Positions 37,762 to 47,728 of a stretch of DNA of 64,000 nucleotides are shown here, in pieces (within the stretch, counting starts at the first letter, position 1; the number at the start of each line of letters is the position of its first letter). A program made the position numbers and the translations under genes. Source of the DNA: an uncultured Actinomycetes bacterium. GTDB taxonomy: Bacteria > Actinomycetota > Acidimicrobiia > IMCC26256 > JACDBD01. The stretch spans positions 15,688 to 79,687 of the forward strand of contig CAVYIP010000012.1 of NCBI GenBank assembly GCA_963768605.1, given 5' to 3'. Under the pieces are notes generated by a model. The model saw only the letters and a program-made list of their open reading frames with translations, ran no database searches and was not told the origin of the DNA.

Positions 37762-38198
37762 CGAACGGTCGGGAGCCGAACGCCACCGCCTTCACCGACG
37801 CCGAGCGCGCCTACCTGGGCGCCCAAGGTCTGGGGCGTCTGGCGACCATCGGGCCGAACGGCGCGCCGCAGGTCAATCCCGTTGCCTACTGGACGACCGA
37901 CGGCGCGGACACGATCGACATCGGCGGCCCTGCGCTTCGCGAGAGCCAGAAGTTCCGCAACATCCAGTCCGACCCGCGCATCTCCTTCGTCGTCGACGAC
38001 TTGGCCACAGCCGAGGAATCCCTCGGGCCCGGCGGTCAACGCGGCCGCGGTCTCGAGATCCGCGGCCGCGCCGAGACTCTCGTGGTCGAGGAGCCGCTCA
38101 TGCAGGGCTTCACCCGCGAGGTGATCCGGATCCACCCACGGCGCGTCATCGCGTGGAACCTCGACGGGCCGGGCCCCAACATCCGCGACGTGCGGTGA
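37758..38198 (+). CDS. PPOX-class (pyridoxamine 5'-phosphate oxidase-like) probable F420-dependent enzyme; in frame with the upstream oxidoreductase
   Basis: FTDAERAYLGAQGLGRLATIGPNGAPQVNPVAYW...RNIQSDPRISFVVDD...GLEIRGRAE. A candidate GTG start at 37758 forms a GTGA motif. Confidence 0.72.
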   Translation: MTNGREPNATAFTDAERAYLGAQGLGRLATIGPNGAPQVNPVAYWTTDGADTIDIGGPALRESQKFRNIQSDPRISFVVDDLATAEESLGPGGQRGRGLEIRGRAETLVVEEPLMQGFTREVIRIHPRRVIAWNLDGPGPNIRDVR

Positions 38199-38207
38199 CG
38201 ACCGCCG

Positions 38208-40458
38208 CTACCCGCCCATGAGCGGGGCGTCGCCGATGACGTGCTGCTCGCGTAGCCGCGCGAGCTCGTCCTCACCGAGTCCGAGCTCCTCGCCCAGCAC
38301 GACGTCGTTGTGCTGGCCCAGCGTGGGCGCGGGATCGTGCCAGTACCGGTCGGGACCGGCCGAGAAGCGCATCGGCCAGCCCGGGTACTCCTGCTCCCCG
38401 ACGAGCAGGTTCTCGACCCGCTCGAAGTAGCCACGCGCCCGCAGCTGCGGGTCGTCCAGGGTCATGAACGCGGGCACCATCGCCGCCGCCGGGATGCCCG
38501 CGTCGAGCAGCTCCTTGGCCGCCTGCTCGGGCGGGCGCTCGGCGCACCACGCCGCCCGCTCCTCGGCCGGAAGCGGGTCCGACGCGAGATCCAAGGCGAC
38601 CCACTGCTCGCCCTCGCCCTCGCAGCGGTAGACGCCGTGCTCGCCCCGGCGACCGAGGAGCTCCCCGTAGGCCGAGTACTCGGCGACCTGCTCGGCGGTC
38701 ATCGCCGCCGCCACCTCGATCATGGGCATCTCGACGAGCTGACCCTCGCCCGTGCGGTCGCGGTGCTCGAACGCAGCGACGAGCGCCGTCGCCGCGTGCA
38801 CACCGACGGCGGGATCGACGAACCCGCCCGGGATGATCGGGGGGCCGCCTTCGTACCCGGTGCGCGCGGCCATGCCGGTGATCTGCTCCATCGTCTGTGC
38901 GAAGCCGGGACGGTCTCGCCACGGCCCGGACAGCCCGAACGCGGGCAGGCGCAGCACGATCACGTCGGGGCGGATGGCGCGCATCGCGTCGTAGTCGAGG
39001 CCGAACGAGTCCATGACCCGGGGTGTGAAGTTCTCGCACACGATGTCGGATCGCTCGATGAGCTGCTTCGCGATCGCGATCCCCTCGGGTTGGCCGAGAT
39101 CGAGCGTGATGCCGCGCTTACCGAGGTTGGTGGCGTGGAACAGACCTGACATCTCGTAGAAGCGCGACTCGACCTTCGGGCTGACCGCGGCACTGAAGCG
39201 GATCCCGTCCGGGCGCTGCGCCGACTCGACCTTGATGACGTCGGCGCCCATCGCCGTCCACCACGCCGTGGCGAATGGTCCGGACCAGAACGCGGTGAAG
39301 TCGAGCACCGTCACGCCGGCGAACGGACGCTCCCCCACCGCGTCCGGCGTGCCGCCGCTCGGACGCGGCGCCGGGACCGGGTCGCTGCTGTGCTCGCCGA
39401 GACGCGGCGCGGGCGTCATCGCGCGGTCACGCACCGCGGAGAACCGGAACGGCGCGCGGGGCCGCACGAAGCTCGCACCGGGCTGCTGCACGAACGCATC
39501 GCGCTCGACGAGCTGGGCGAAAGTCGGAAGCAACTGGCCGTCGCCGACGACGGCCGCAGGCACACGGCCTTCCGCGCAGCGCTCGACGACCTCGTCCGCC
39601 GTGTACTGCATGGTCCAGCCGCGGATCGCGTCGTTGACCTCTTGGGCGCGGCGGAACCGGCCCAGGAACGTCCTGAGGTCTTCGTCGTCATCGAGGTCGT
39701 CGCGACCCATCACGTGCAGGAGCGAGCGCCATTGCTGCGTGGTGACGGTCGTGATCCCGACGTACTTCCCGTCGCCCGTCGGCTCGTTGCCCGGGAGCAT
39801 CACCCACCGGAAGCTGCCGGTGCGACCGCCCGGGAAGCGGGCCATGAGGGTCGGCACCGTCACGAACGTGTACTGCATCGCCTCGAGCATCGAGACGTCG
39901 ACGTGCTCGCGCTCCCCGGTGCGGCTGGCGCGCCACCACGCGGTGACCGCGCCCAGGGCGGCGAAGGCGCCGGTCACGTACTGGCCGAGCTGTCCGCCGA
40001 CCGTGAGTGGCGGGCGGTGCATGTGGCCGTGGTTCGAGAGTGATCCGGAGCGGGCCTGGAGCACCTCTTCGGGCAGGGAGAGCTCCGAGTCGGGACCGCC
40101 GCGCCCGAACGACGAGATCGACACCGTGACGGGCGCGACCCCGACGATGCCGAGCTCTTCGGCCTCACCGGGAACGAAGCTCTCGATCACGACGTCGGCG
40201 GCAGTCGACCCACGCCCGCAGGCGGGACTCGTCTTCGACGATCACGCTGCGCTGCGAGGTGTGCAGGTATCGGAAGAGCACCCCGTCCGGGTCGCCGTCC
40301 TTGCCGACCGAGTCCGTCGCCGAGTACCGGCGGAGCGGATCGCCGTCGGGGGGCTCGAGCTTGACGACGTCGGCCCCGAGATCGGTCAGGAGCTTCGAGC
40401 AGTACCCGCCCGCGATCCCGCGGGAGGCGTCGACGACCCGCAGGCCGTCGTAGATCAC
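38208..40458 (-). CDS. tandem (two-domain) family III CoA-transferase (CaiB/BaiF type); one apparent frameshift near 40202
   Basis: Domain 1 reads LRVVDASRGIAGGYCSKLLTDLGADVVKLEPP. Domain 2 reads VTVLDFTAFWSGPFATAWWTAMGADVIKVES...ENFTPRVMDSFGL...GGFVDPAVG. The GTG at 40458 overlaps the DUF35 stop. The junction is WVD | AADVVIESF. Confidence 0.85.
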
Positions 40459-40916
40459 GCCGCCCCCTGCCCGGGCGCGGCCGGCACGAACATCGGAACG
40501 GGCACGCTCCGGTCGGGCACGGTCGGGAACTGCAGCGGCCGGAACACGACCTCGACGGGGAGGTCGGCCGCGAGCGCGTCCGGCTCGCAGTCGACGATGT
40601 AGCTGACGATCCGCACCGCCGGGTCCTCCTCGAGCGAGACGAGCGCGGTCACGAACGGCACCATCTCCTCGAACGCGGGCAGGAACGCCCGCTGCACGAC
40701 CGTCCAGGTGAACACCCGACCCCGGCCACTCACGCGGGTCCACGTGAACGAGCGGGCGCCGCAGTGCGGGCACTCCTCCTCCGGGTACCACACGAACCGG
40801 TTGCACGAGTCGCAGCGCGGGAGCACCAGCTCGCCGCGGGCGGCGCCGGCGAAGTACTCGGCCGTGCGCTCGTCGGACAGGTCGGGCAGCGGGAAGTCGG
40901 CTCGCTTCAGCGCCAT
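40455..40916 (-). CDS. DUF35 OB-fold / zinc-ribbon acyl-CoA-associated protein
   Basis: LVLPRCDSCNRFVWYPEEECPHCGA (Cys4 ribbon) followed by FTWTVV...VALVSLEE, an OB fold. 153 aa. Confidence 0.85.
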   Translation of the reverse strand: MALKRADFPLPDLSDERTAEYFAGAARGELVLPRCDSCNRFVWYPEEECPHCGARSFTWTRVSGRGRVFTWTVVQRAFLPAFEEMVPFVTALVSLEEDPAVRIVSYIVDCEPDALAADLPVEVVFRPLQFPTVPDRSVPVPMFVPAAPGQGAA

Positions 40917-40923
40917 CGCGTGG

Positions 40924-42130
40924 TCACCGGTCCGTTCGCAGGATCAGCGTCGACGCGTTGCCACCCGTGTACCCGCCGTAGACGCCGACCTCGCATCCCG
41001 GCACCTGGGCCGGGGCCGTCCCCCGCAGCTGCTTGACGACCTCGACGACGTGGGCGATGCCGAGCACGTACGCGTGGCTGAGCAACCCTCCGTGCGTGTT
41101 GAACGCCAGCCGGCCCGAGTCGTGCGCCAGGCCGCCCTCCTCGGCGAGCACTCCGGCTTCGCCCTTCGGGCAGAACCCCATGTCCTCGATCTGCATCATC
41201 GACACGACCGTGAACGGGTCGTACACGGTGAGCACATCGACATCGGCGGGGTCGAGGCCGGCCATCTTGAACGCCGGCGGCGCCGCGAACACCTGCGGGG
41301 TCGACGTGAAGGCGGGCTGCTGGCTCCAGTGGCCGCCCGACGTCGCGGTGCCCTCCCCCACTCCGGCCACCACCGCCGGCGGCTGGCGGAGGTCGCGGGC
41401 TCGGTCGATCGACGTGGTCACGAACGCCGCCCCGCCGTCCGAGATCAGGCACGAGTCGAACATGCGCAGCGGGTCCGCGAGCACCGGGGAAGCCAGGTAG
41501 TCGTCCAGGGTCATCTTCTTCTCGTGCATGACCGCGTCGGGATGCAGGTTGGCGTGCCGGCGACTCGCGACCGCGATGGCGCCGAACTGCTCCTCGGTCG
41601 TGCCGAACTCCAGCATGTGACGCCGCATGATCGTGGCGAAGTACACCGGCTGGGGGAAGAAGCCGAATGGCACCTCGAGGTTCTGTTTCAGCGGCTGCGC
41701 CGCGTGCGTCTCTCCCGGGCCCGCCCGTCATCGAACCTCGCTGCGTCGCCCACGCGACGGCGAACACGTTGAGCACGTGCGTCGCCTTCCCGGCCTCGAC
41801 GGCCTTCGCCGCCAGGTGCGGGGCGGTGCCCGCCCATGTCATGCCGCCGCCCCACTGCGACGTCCACAGGTCGTGGCTGGTGCCGAAGTGCTCGTGGAAC
41901 GCGGCGGCGTCGAAGTCGGCGAAGGCCCGGTTCCAGGTCAGGCCGTCGATGTCGGACGGCTCGAGCCCGGCGTCGGCGATGGCCCGCTCGGCCGCCTCGG
42001 CCCCGATCTCGCGGGCGGTGCGCCCGGACGCCTTCGTGTACGCGCTCTCGCCCACGCCGGCGATCGCCGCGCGACCGGAAACGTCGTCCAGGTCGGTACT
42101 GTGGCCCCAGTCAGGCCGCTCCGCCCCCAT
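40924..42130 (-). CDS. thiolase-like lipid-transfer protein (SCP-x/Ltp type); one apparent frameshift near 41712-41718
   Basis: AIAGVGESAYTK...MTGGPG | ETHAAQPLKQNLEVPFGFFPQPVYFATIMRRHM...FDSCLISDGGAA...NTHGGLLSHAY. It sits next to the DUF35 gene, as in known thiolase/DUF35 pairs. Confidence 0.85.
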
Positions 42131-42145
42131 GAGCAGTCAATGTAT

Positions 42146-42161
42146 CTGACGCCCCTGTCAG
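42146..42161. promoter_or_regulatory. 16-bp palindrome CTGACGCCCCTGTCAG upstream of the thiolase operon
   Basis: CTGAC-N6-GTCAG lies 16 nt upstream of the ATG at 42130 (minus strand). It is one of four related sites in the window. Confidence 0.5.
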
Positions 42162-42224
42162 GCCGATGTTGGGGACTTGCGAGTCCTGGGTAGGTGAGAC
42201 ATCTGTGCCTGAAGGGATGCTCTA

Positions 42225-42584
42225 GTGAACATGCTCGAACAACTCGAAGACCGACTGCACGAGGTCCCAGAGGACCTTCGTCAAGGTCCGGTGATCTTCG
42301 CCGCCGCTGCGTTGATCGGACCGTTCGTCCTTGTACTTCTCGCCGCGGTCGCGGGCCCCTCGCTGGCTTCGCCGCTCTTGACGCTGGCGGCCATCGTGTT
42401 CGTCGCCGCCGTCATCGGCTTCGCGTTGACGACCTTCCGGCGGTTCAGGGTGCAACAGGCGGAGAACATGCGCATCGAAGCAGCACGCTCTCGCCGTCGC
42501 AATCGTCGCCCGTCGGCGTCGCGCATCAGCCGAACCGACCCGGCATCGTCGGCGGACGCAGCCGACCAGCGCCGCGCGTCGTAG
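42225..42584 (+). CDS. small membrane protein (two TM segments, basic tail), hypothetical
   Basis: VIFAAAALIGPFVLVLLAAVAG and LLTLAAIVFVAAVIGFALTTF. Third codon positions are noticeably less GC-biased than in neighbouring genes. The start is either GTG 42225 or ATG 42231. Confidence 0.5.
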   Translation: MNMLEQLEDRLHEVPEDLRQGPVIFAAAALIGPFVLVLLAAVAGPSLASPLLTLAAIVFVAAVIGFALTTFRRFRVQQAENMRIEAARSRRRNRRPSASRISRTDPASSADAADQRRAS

Positions 42585-43694
42585 TCAGGGCCGGCGTAAC
42601 GCGAAGAGCTCGATGGGCTCGTCGAAGCCCTTCGGCAGGCGCCGTCCTGCGGGGTCGAACGTGAACGGCGCTTCGGGCGTCTCGGCGCGCTCGCGCAGGT
42701 CGGCGGTCACGAGAATCTCGTTGGGGACGGCCATGTCGGCGATCCTCGACGCCAGGTTCACCACCGGCCCGTAGAAGTCGCCGCCTCGACTCAAGATCTC
42801 ACCCACCGCGAGTCCACCCCGCGGGGTCACATTCGATTCTGATTCCGCAAAGTGATCGACGAGCGCGAGTGCGATCTCGGACGCGTCCTGCGGATCCAAC
42901 GCGACGAACATCACCTCGTCACCGATCAACTTCACGACGCGCCCACGATGCGATGTCACGATGTCGTACGCCGACCCCTCGAACTCGTCGACGATCGAAT
43001 GGAGCTCCTGAACGGGCAAGCGCTGAGAGAGCGGCGTGAATCCGACGAGGTCGACGAACCCGACCGCGACGTACACCGTGATCTTCGAGCTCGCCTCGGT
43101 ACGTGCCGCCGTGTTTCGCCGGACGGCGAGCTCCATGTGCGCCCGGAACAGGATCTCCAGGTGATCGGCCAGCAGATTGAGTGCGCCGATCGCGTCCAGC
43201 TGCGCACGCGCCAGCGCGAGCTCGCCCGCCTGCGCGTCCGTGATCGGAGTCTCCACGTCGGCGAGGAACAACGAGACCGCAGCATCGGCGATTCGCGCAA
43301 GCGATGACCCGAGCACACGGACGAACTGCATGAGCGACCGCTCGGGGAAGAGGTCCGTCGTCTCGCTGAACAGCTTGAACACGCTGACGTCGCCCGGCGT
43401 ATAGATGCGCTCGTCGACGTCATCGACCGGGAGCCCGATGGTCAGACTCAGCTGTCGGACCTGCTCGGCAGTCAGCCCGGTGCTCTCGGCCACCTCGCGC
43501 ATCGTGAGCCGTTCTCCCGGCCGGAGCGCGAGGTCGCCGGCGATCGCCGTGAGACGACCGGCGGCGGCGGCTTCGACCATCTGCTCGATGCCGAACCCGC
43601 GATCGGCGAGCCACTCGAGCAGCGCCAGTCGATCGGCGGCGTTCGGCGCCTTCGGGTCGTAGAGCCCCTTCGCCTCGTACTCGGCCGCGCCCAT
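42585..43694 (-). CDS. class III adenylate/guanylate cyclase with N-terminal helical regulatory region
   Basis: ATG at 43694. VAVGFVDLVGFTPLSQ, VKLIGDEVMFV, and GDFYGPVVNLASRI. Confidence 0.87.
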   Translation of the reverse strand: MGAAEYEAKGLYDPKAPNAADRLALLEWLADRGFGIEQMVEAAAAGRLTAIAGDLALRPGERLTMREVAESTGLTAEQVRQLSLTIGLPVDDVDERIYTPGDVSVFKLFSETTDLFPERSLMQFVRVLGSSLARIADAAVSLFLADVETPITDAQAGELALARAQLDAIGALNLLADHLEILFRAHMELAVRRNTAARTEASSKITVYVAVGFVDLVGFTPLSQRLPVQELHSIVDEFEGSAYDIVTSHRGRVVKLIGDEVMFVALDPQDASEIALALVDHFAESESNVTPRGGLAVGEILSRGGDFYGPVVNLASRIADMAVPNEILVTADLRERAETPEAPFTFDPAGRRLPKGFDEPIELFALRRP

Positions 43695-43705
43695 GCGTCG
43701 GGATG

Positions 43706-44368
43706 CTACGAGCCGTCGAGGCCGATCGCCTCGGCGAACGCCGCGCACCATTCGCCGTAGCCGGTGTCGTTGGGATGGAAGTCGTCGGCCGCATACTTCC
43801 CTTGCCACGGTGGTCCGGTGTGCGCCCAGGCGTCGGCGATGCGGAGCCCGGCGGCCGGCGCTTCGGCACGGATGATCTGGTTCAGCTCGCGCGTGCGGCT
43901 CGGTAGCAAGCCCTGCGGGATGGTCGCCAACACCGCGTTCGGCGGCAACACGTGGATCAGCTCCCGCAGCGCCTCGGCGACGCGCCGAAACCCGAAGCGG
44001 ATCACGTCGTTCGCGCCCGCCGCGCACGTGACCAGCTCGGGCTCACCCGCCTCGTTGATGCGGGGCACCTGCTCCCGCACGACGTCGGCGACACGCGCCC
44101 CGGTCACCGAGAGGTTGACGACGCGCCACGGGCGTCGCTGCTCGTCGTGCAGCCGCACGAGGAGTTGACCGACGTAGCCGCGGTCGGGCGCCGACGCGCC
44201 GATGCCCTGCGCAGTCGAGTCGCCCAGCGCCACCCACAGCGGTCCGTCTGCCTGCCGGGCGCGCTCGTTCGAAATCTCCCAGTACCGCCGGTACTCGCTC
44301 CCCAGGCCGAGCGTGGCGGCGACGCCGGGCCGCAACGTACGCATCAGCCGGCCCGTGAGGAAACCCAT
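43706..44368 (-). CDS. SGNH/GDSL-family hydrolase
   Basis: ALGDSTAQG (block I Ser), CAAGANDV (block III), and DDFHPND (block V, DxxH). Confidence 0.85.
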   Translation of the reverse strand: MGFLTGRLMRTLRPGVAATLGLGSEYRRYWEISNERARQADGPLWVALGDSTAQGIGASAPDRGYVGQLLVRLHDEQRRPWRVVNLSVTGARVADVVREQVPRINEAGEPELVTCAAGANDVIRFGFRRVAEALRELIHVLPPNAVLATIPQGLLPSRTRELNQIIRAEAPAAGLRIADAWAHTGPPWQGKYAADDFHPNDTGYGEWCAAFAEAIGLDGS

Positions 44369-44387
44369 TGCCCGTATCCTCCCAGTC

Positions 44388-44876
44388 GTGGGGGGAGACC
44401 CGGCGCTGCGAGCCGAGCTCAAAGCGATGGCCGACCGCGACACCCAGGCCGGCGGCCCGACCGACGAACGCCACTGCGCGCGCCTGTGGGAGATTCTCGA
44501 CGACTACGAGTGCTGGCCGGGACGCCGGCTCGTCGACGACGACGGCGAATCGGCGGCGTGGATCCTCGCCCAACGCGCGCTGTTCGATCCCGGCCTGCAG
44601 CACCGCTGCCTCGAGATGCTCGAGATCGCCGTCGCGTGCGGCGACGCGCAGCCTGCGCACTACGCCCTCCTCCTCGACCGTGTGCGCATGGCCGACGGGA
44701 AGGATCAGCTGTACGGCTCGCAGTTCGTGCGGAGCGAGGACGGCAACTCGGTCGTGCCGTGGCCCATCGAGGACGTCGAGCATGTCGACACCCGTCGCGA
44801 GCGCGTCGGACTGACGCCGCTCGCCGAGCAGGCACGGGAGATGCGCGAGCAGTATCACCGGCGGGTGGCGCGCTAG
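44388..44876 (+). CDS. conserved hypothetical protein (helical), family not assigned
   Basis: 162-aa ORF with good codon bias (ARLWEILDDYECWPGRRLVDDDGESAAWILAQRA...). The opposite-strand ORF 44043..44858 is Arg-rich. Confidence 0.55.
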   Translation: MGGDPALRAELKAMADRDTQAGGPTDERHCARLWEILDDYECWPGRRLVDDDGESAAWILAQRALFDPGLQHRCLEMLEIAVACGDAQPAHYALLLDRVRMADGKDQLYGSQFVRSEDGNSVVPWPIEDVEHVDTRRERVGLTPLAEQAREMREQYHRRVAR

Positions 44877-44888
44877 CCGCGCGAGCAG

Positions 44889-45536
44889 CTACTCGTCGCC
44901 GGGCGTGACCGTGTCGGCAGCGCGCCAGCAGTACCACGCGGCGACACTCCGGTAGGGCCGGAAGCGCTCCCCCAACGGCACGAGCTCGCGGGCCTTCGGG
45001 ACGTCGGCGAGCCCGTAGAGCCGCGCGTAGCCGTTGCGGACGCCGAAGTCGTCGACCGGCCACACGTCGAGGCGCCCGAGCTGGAAGATGAGGAACATGT
45101 CGGCCGTCCACGGCCCGATGCCGCGCACGAGCGTCAGCTCCCGCTTGATCTCGTCGTCGGGGAGCCGGGCGATGCGGTCGAGCTGGACCGAGCCGTCGAC
45201 GACCTTCTCGGCGAGGTCGCGGATCGACGCCGTCTTGCTCCCCGAGAGGCCCGCGCCGCGCAGCCGGTCGACGGGCAGCGCGAGCACGGCCTCGGGTGTC
45301 GGCCCGTCCCCGTCGAACAACGCGACGAAGCGCCCGTGGATCGCGGCGGCAGCTCGCCCCGCCAGCTGCTGGTAGGTGATGGCGCGGGCGAGCTCGGCGA
45401 AGTGTTCGCGACGGGGCCGGCCGCGGCGCAGGTCGCACGGGCCGATCCGCTCGAGCATCGTTCGCATCACCGGGTCGAGCTCGGCCAGCCGTTCCGACGC
45501 CTCCACCAGGCGCTTCGGCGGACGGCGGGGGCTCAT
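44889..45536 (-). CDS. HhH-GPD DNA glycosylase (AlkA-like 3-methyladenine DNA glycosylase II)
   Basis: AITYQQLAGRAAAAI...GLSGSKTASIRDLA...LTLVRGIGPWTADMFLIF...VWPVDDFGV, a helix-hairpin-helix plus catalytic Asp. Confidence 0.85.
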   Translation of the reverse strand: MSPRRPPKRLVEASERLAELDPVMRTMLERIGPCDLRRGRPRREHFAELARAITYQQLAGRAAAAIHGRFVALFDGDGPTPEAVLALPVDRLRGAGLSGSKTASIRDLAEKVVDGSVQLDRIARLPDDEIKRELTLVRGIGPWTADMFLIFQLGRLDVWPVDDFGVRNGYARLYGLADVPKARELVPLGERFRPYRSVAAWYCWRAADTVTPGDE

Positions 45537-45620
45537 GAGGCGCACGCTAGCGACACGCGGTCGCCCGCTAGCCTGCCCGGCGGGCAGCGGCGGTGGCGGC
45601 GCAACAACAAAGGAGCAGCG

Positions 45621-46435
45621 GTGCCCGAGGTATCCGAAACGGCCACGCGATCCGACGCCAGGCCCGAGCGCACCCGCGCCCGGGCGCGGTTCGGGGCGGG
45701 CAGGGCCGTCATCCTCGTCGTGGCGGTGGTCGTCGGTTTCGTCGGCTGCGGGGGCGGGGGCGGTGGCGGCAGCAAGGCCGTCGAAGACGCCGACGGCCAC
45801 GAGCCTTCCCGCCGGGTACACCCTCGCCGCCCAGGTCAAGGGCGCCGAGATCGGGATCTACGACAACCCGTCGGCGCCCTCGCCGGCGAAGACGCTGCCC
45901 AACCCGTGGCTGCTGAACGAAGAGCCCGACAAGCAGATCCCCCAGGTGTTCCTCGTCGAAGAGCAGCGACCGGACGGGTGGGTGCGCGTGCTGTTGGCCG
46001 ACCGTCCGAACGGGAGCACCGGCTGGGTACGCGCCAGCGACGTGCAGCTCACCCCGAACCCGTATCGCATGAAGGTGACCCTCGGTGACCACAAGATCAC
46101 CGTGTTCCAGGGCACCAACCAGATCTACGACGGGCCAGGTCGCGATCGGCGCGTCGGACACTCCGACACCGCCCGGCAAGTACTACACACGCGTGCTCAT
46201 CCAGGCGCCGGACCCCAACACCGTGTACGGACCGTTTGCGTACGGTCTGTCGGCGCACTCGGAGGTCCTCACCGAGTTCAGCGGCGGTGACGCCGAAGTC
46301 GGCGTCCACGGCAACAACGACTCCTCCGTGTTGGGCAAGAGCGTGACCCACGGCTGCATCCGCATGGACAACGACGAGATCATCAAGCTCTCGAAGGTGC
46401 TGCCACTCGGCACACCGGTCGAGATCGTGAGTTGA
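45621..46435 (+). CDS. lipoprotein L,D-transpeptidase (YkuD domain); two apparent frameshifts
   Basis: GTG at 45621 follows AAAGGAG. Lipobox VGFVGC. The frame breaks near 45800-45806 and 46131-46136. Active site SVTHGCIRM. Confidence 0.8.
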
Positions 46436-47020
46436 CGCTCACGCGCCGCTCACGTCGACTCTTCGGGATTGCTGCCGCCGGCGTGCTGGCATGCACCGCC
46501 GCGGTCGGCTGCTCGTCCGGTTCCGGCGACGGCGACTCGGCGAATGCGCTCCCGCCGAACGACAAGGCCGCGATCGAACGCGTCTTCGCGCCGGAACTGA
46601 AGCGACTCGGCGTTCGGCTCACCCGCGGCGCCCTCGTCGATCTCAAGACGGGCAAGCCGTCCGCCACCGGGAACCACCTGGCGGTCTACGTCGAGCCGAC
46701 CGGTGACTACACGCCCGAGGACTACGCACGCGGGACCGTGAAGACGCTTCGTGCCTTCATCCCCACGGCGTTCGAGCGCTGGGGCGGCTTGACCTCCTTC
46801 GACCTCTGCCAGGAACCGCTTCCGGCCGCCGACGCGCGGCCCGAGCCGCCACCCATCACGAAGGTGGACCTGACGAAAGCGGCGTCGCGCAAGGTGCGGT
46901 GGAACAACCTCGACCTCACCCGCCTGCTGCGCGATGCCAAGCGCCTCGGGCCGCGCGCGCTCTCGGTCTACGCGAAACCCGACGTGCGACTCACCGGCTT
47001 CTACCAGGACGCGACGGTGA
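46432..47020 (+). CDS. lipoprotein, hypothetical; 3' end uncertain
   Basis: The TTG at 46432 overlaps the upstream TGA. Signal and lipobox AAGVLACTAAVGCSSG. The nominal frame runs on to 47268 through the convergent TetR gene, so the true stop is unresolved. Confidence 0.55.
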
Positions 47021-47707
47021 AGGCGAACGCTTCCGGGAACAGCGCACCTGCGCCGACGTCGCCGTCGTACACGCGCTGCAGCGCGCGCTTCGCGCACCGT
47101 CGATCGCGCCGTCGCCGAGGAGCAACTGCGTCGCGGTCTCGAGGTCGGCGACCACGCGTGGCGGGTCGTCGACGCCGCCGACCCAGCCGATCAGCGACGA
47201 CAACCAGACCTGCTGGAGCGTGCGCGCGACGGCAAGGTCACGCGCGTTCGGCGGGCCTTCGTGCATGACGCCCGTGATGATGCCGGTCATGATGTCGCCC
47301 ACGCGCCGCACGACGTCGGCTTCGTCGGCGGCGCCGAACGCCCGGACCATCGCCGCCGTCACCTCGGGATGGCGCTGCAGCGACGCCGTTCCCCGGGACA
47401 ACACGTCGACGACCCGGTCGGCCGGCGTGGCACCCACCGGGGGTCGTGACTCGAGCCGGGCGGCCAGGGCCTCGATCTCCTCGACCATCGCCTCGAGCAG
47501 GAGACGCTCCTTCGAGGTGAAGTAGCGGTACACCGTGCCGAGGGCGACGTTCGCCTCGGTGGCGACGTCACGCATCTGCACGGCATCGAAACCGCCCCGC
47601 TCGGCCAGGCGCAGGGCGGCGTCGAGGACGCGCCGGCGCCGGGCGGCCTGGCTCCGGGCCAGCGCAGTATCGGGAGCAGGGGTGTCGCTGGTGGCGGGTG
47701 TCGTCAC
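47001..47707 (-). CDS. TetR-family transcriptional regulator; 3' end uncertain
   Basis: HTH region RRRVLDAALRLAERGGFDAVQMRDVATEANVALGTVYRYFTSKERLL. A protein-like C-terminal tail (AKRALQRVYDGDVGAGALFPEAFAFTVASW*) lies in another frame, so a frameshift is possible. Confidence 0.75.
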
Positions 47708-47716
47708 CGCCAAAGT

Positions 47717-47728
47717 GAAACATGTTCC
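47717..47728. promoter_or_regulatory. near-palindrome GAAACATGTTCC at the TetR start / divergent promoter
   Basis: The core AACATGTT is a perfect palindrome. It sits about 10 nt upstream of the TetR GTG at 47707, in the 70-bp gap before the divergent MBL gene. Confidence 0.35.

Noticed and set aside
36117-38135. 672-aa minus-strand ORF
   Set aside because: It is antisense to the NmrA-like, oxidoreductase and PPOX genes and has no motifs.
47001-47707. Calling the TetR regulator KstR/KstR2, or naming it the factor for the YTGAC-N6-GTCAR sites
   Set aside because: Its own promoter carries a different palindrome. The box only loosely resembles KstR sites, and orthology cannot be judged without a search.
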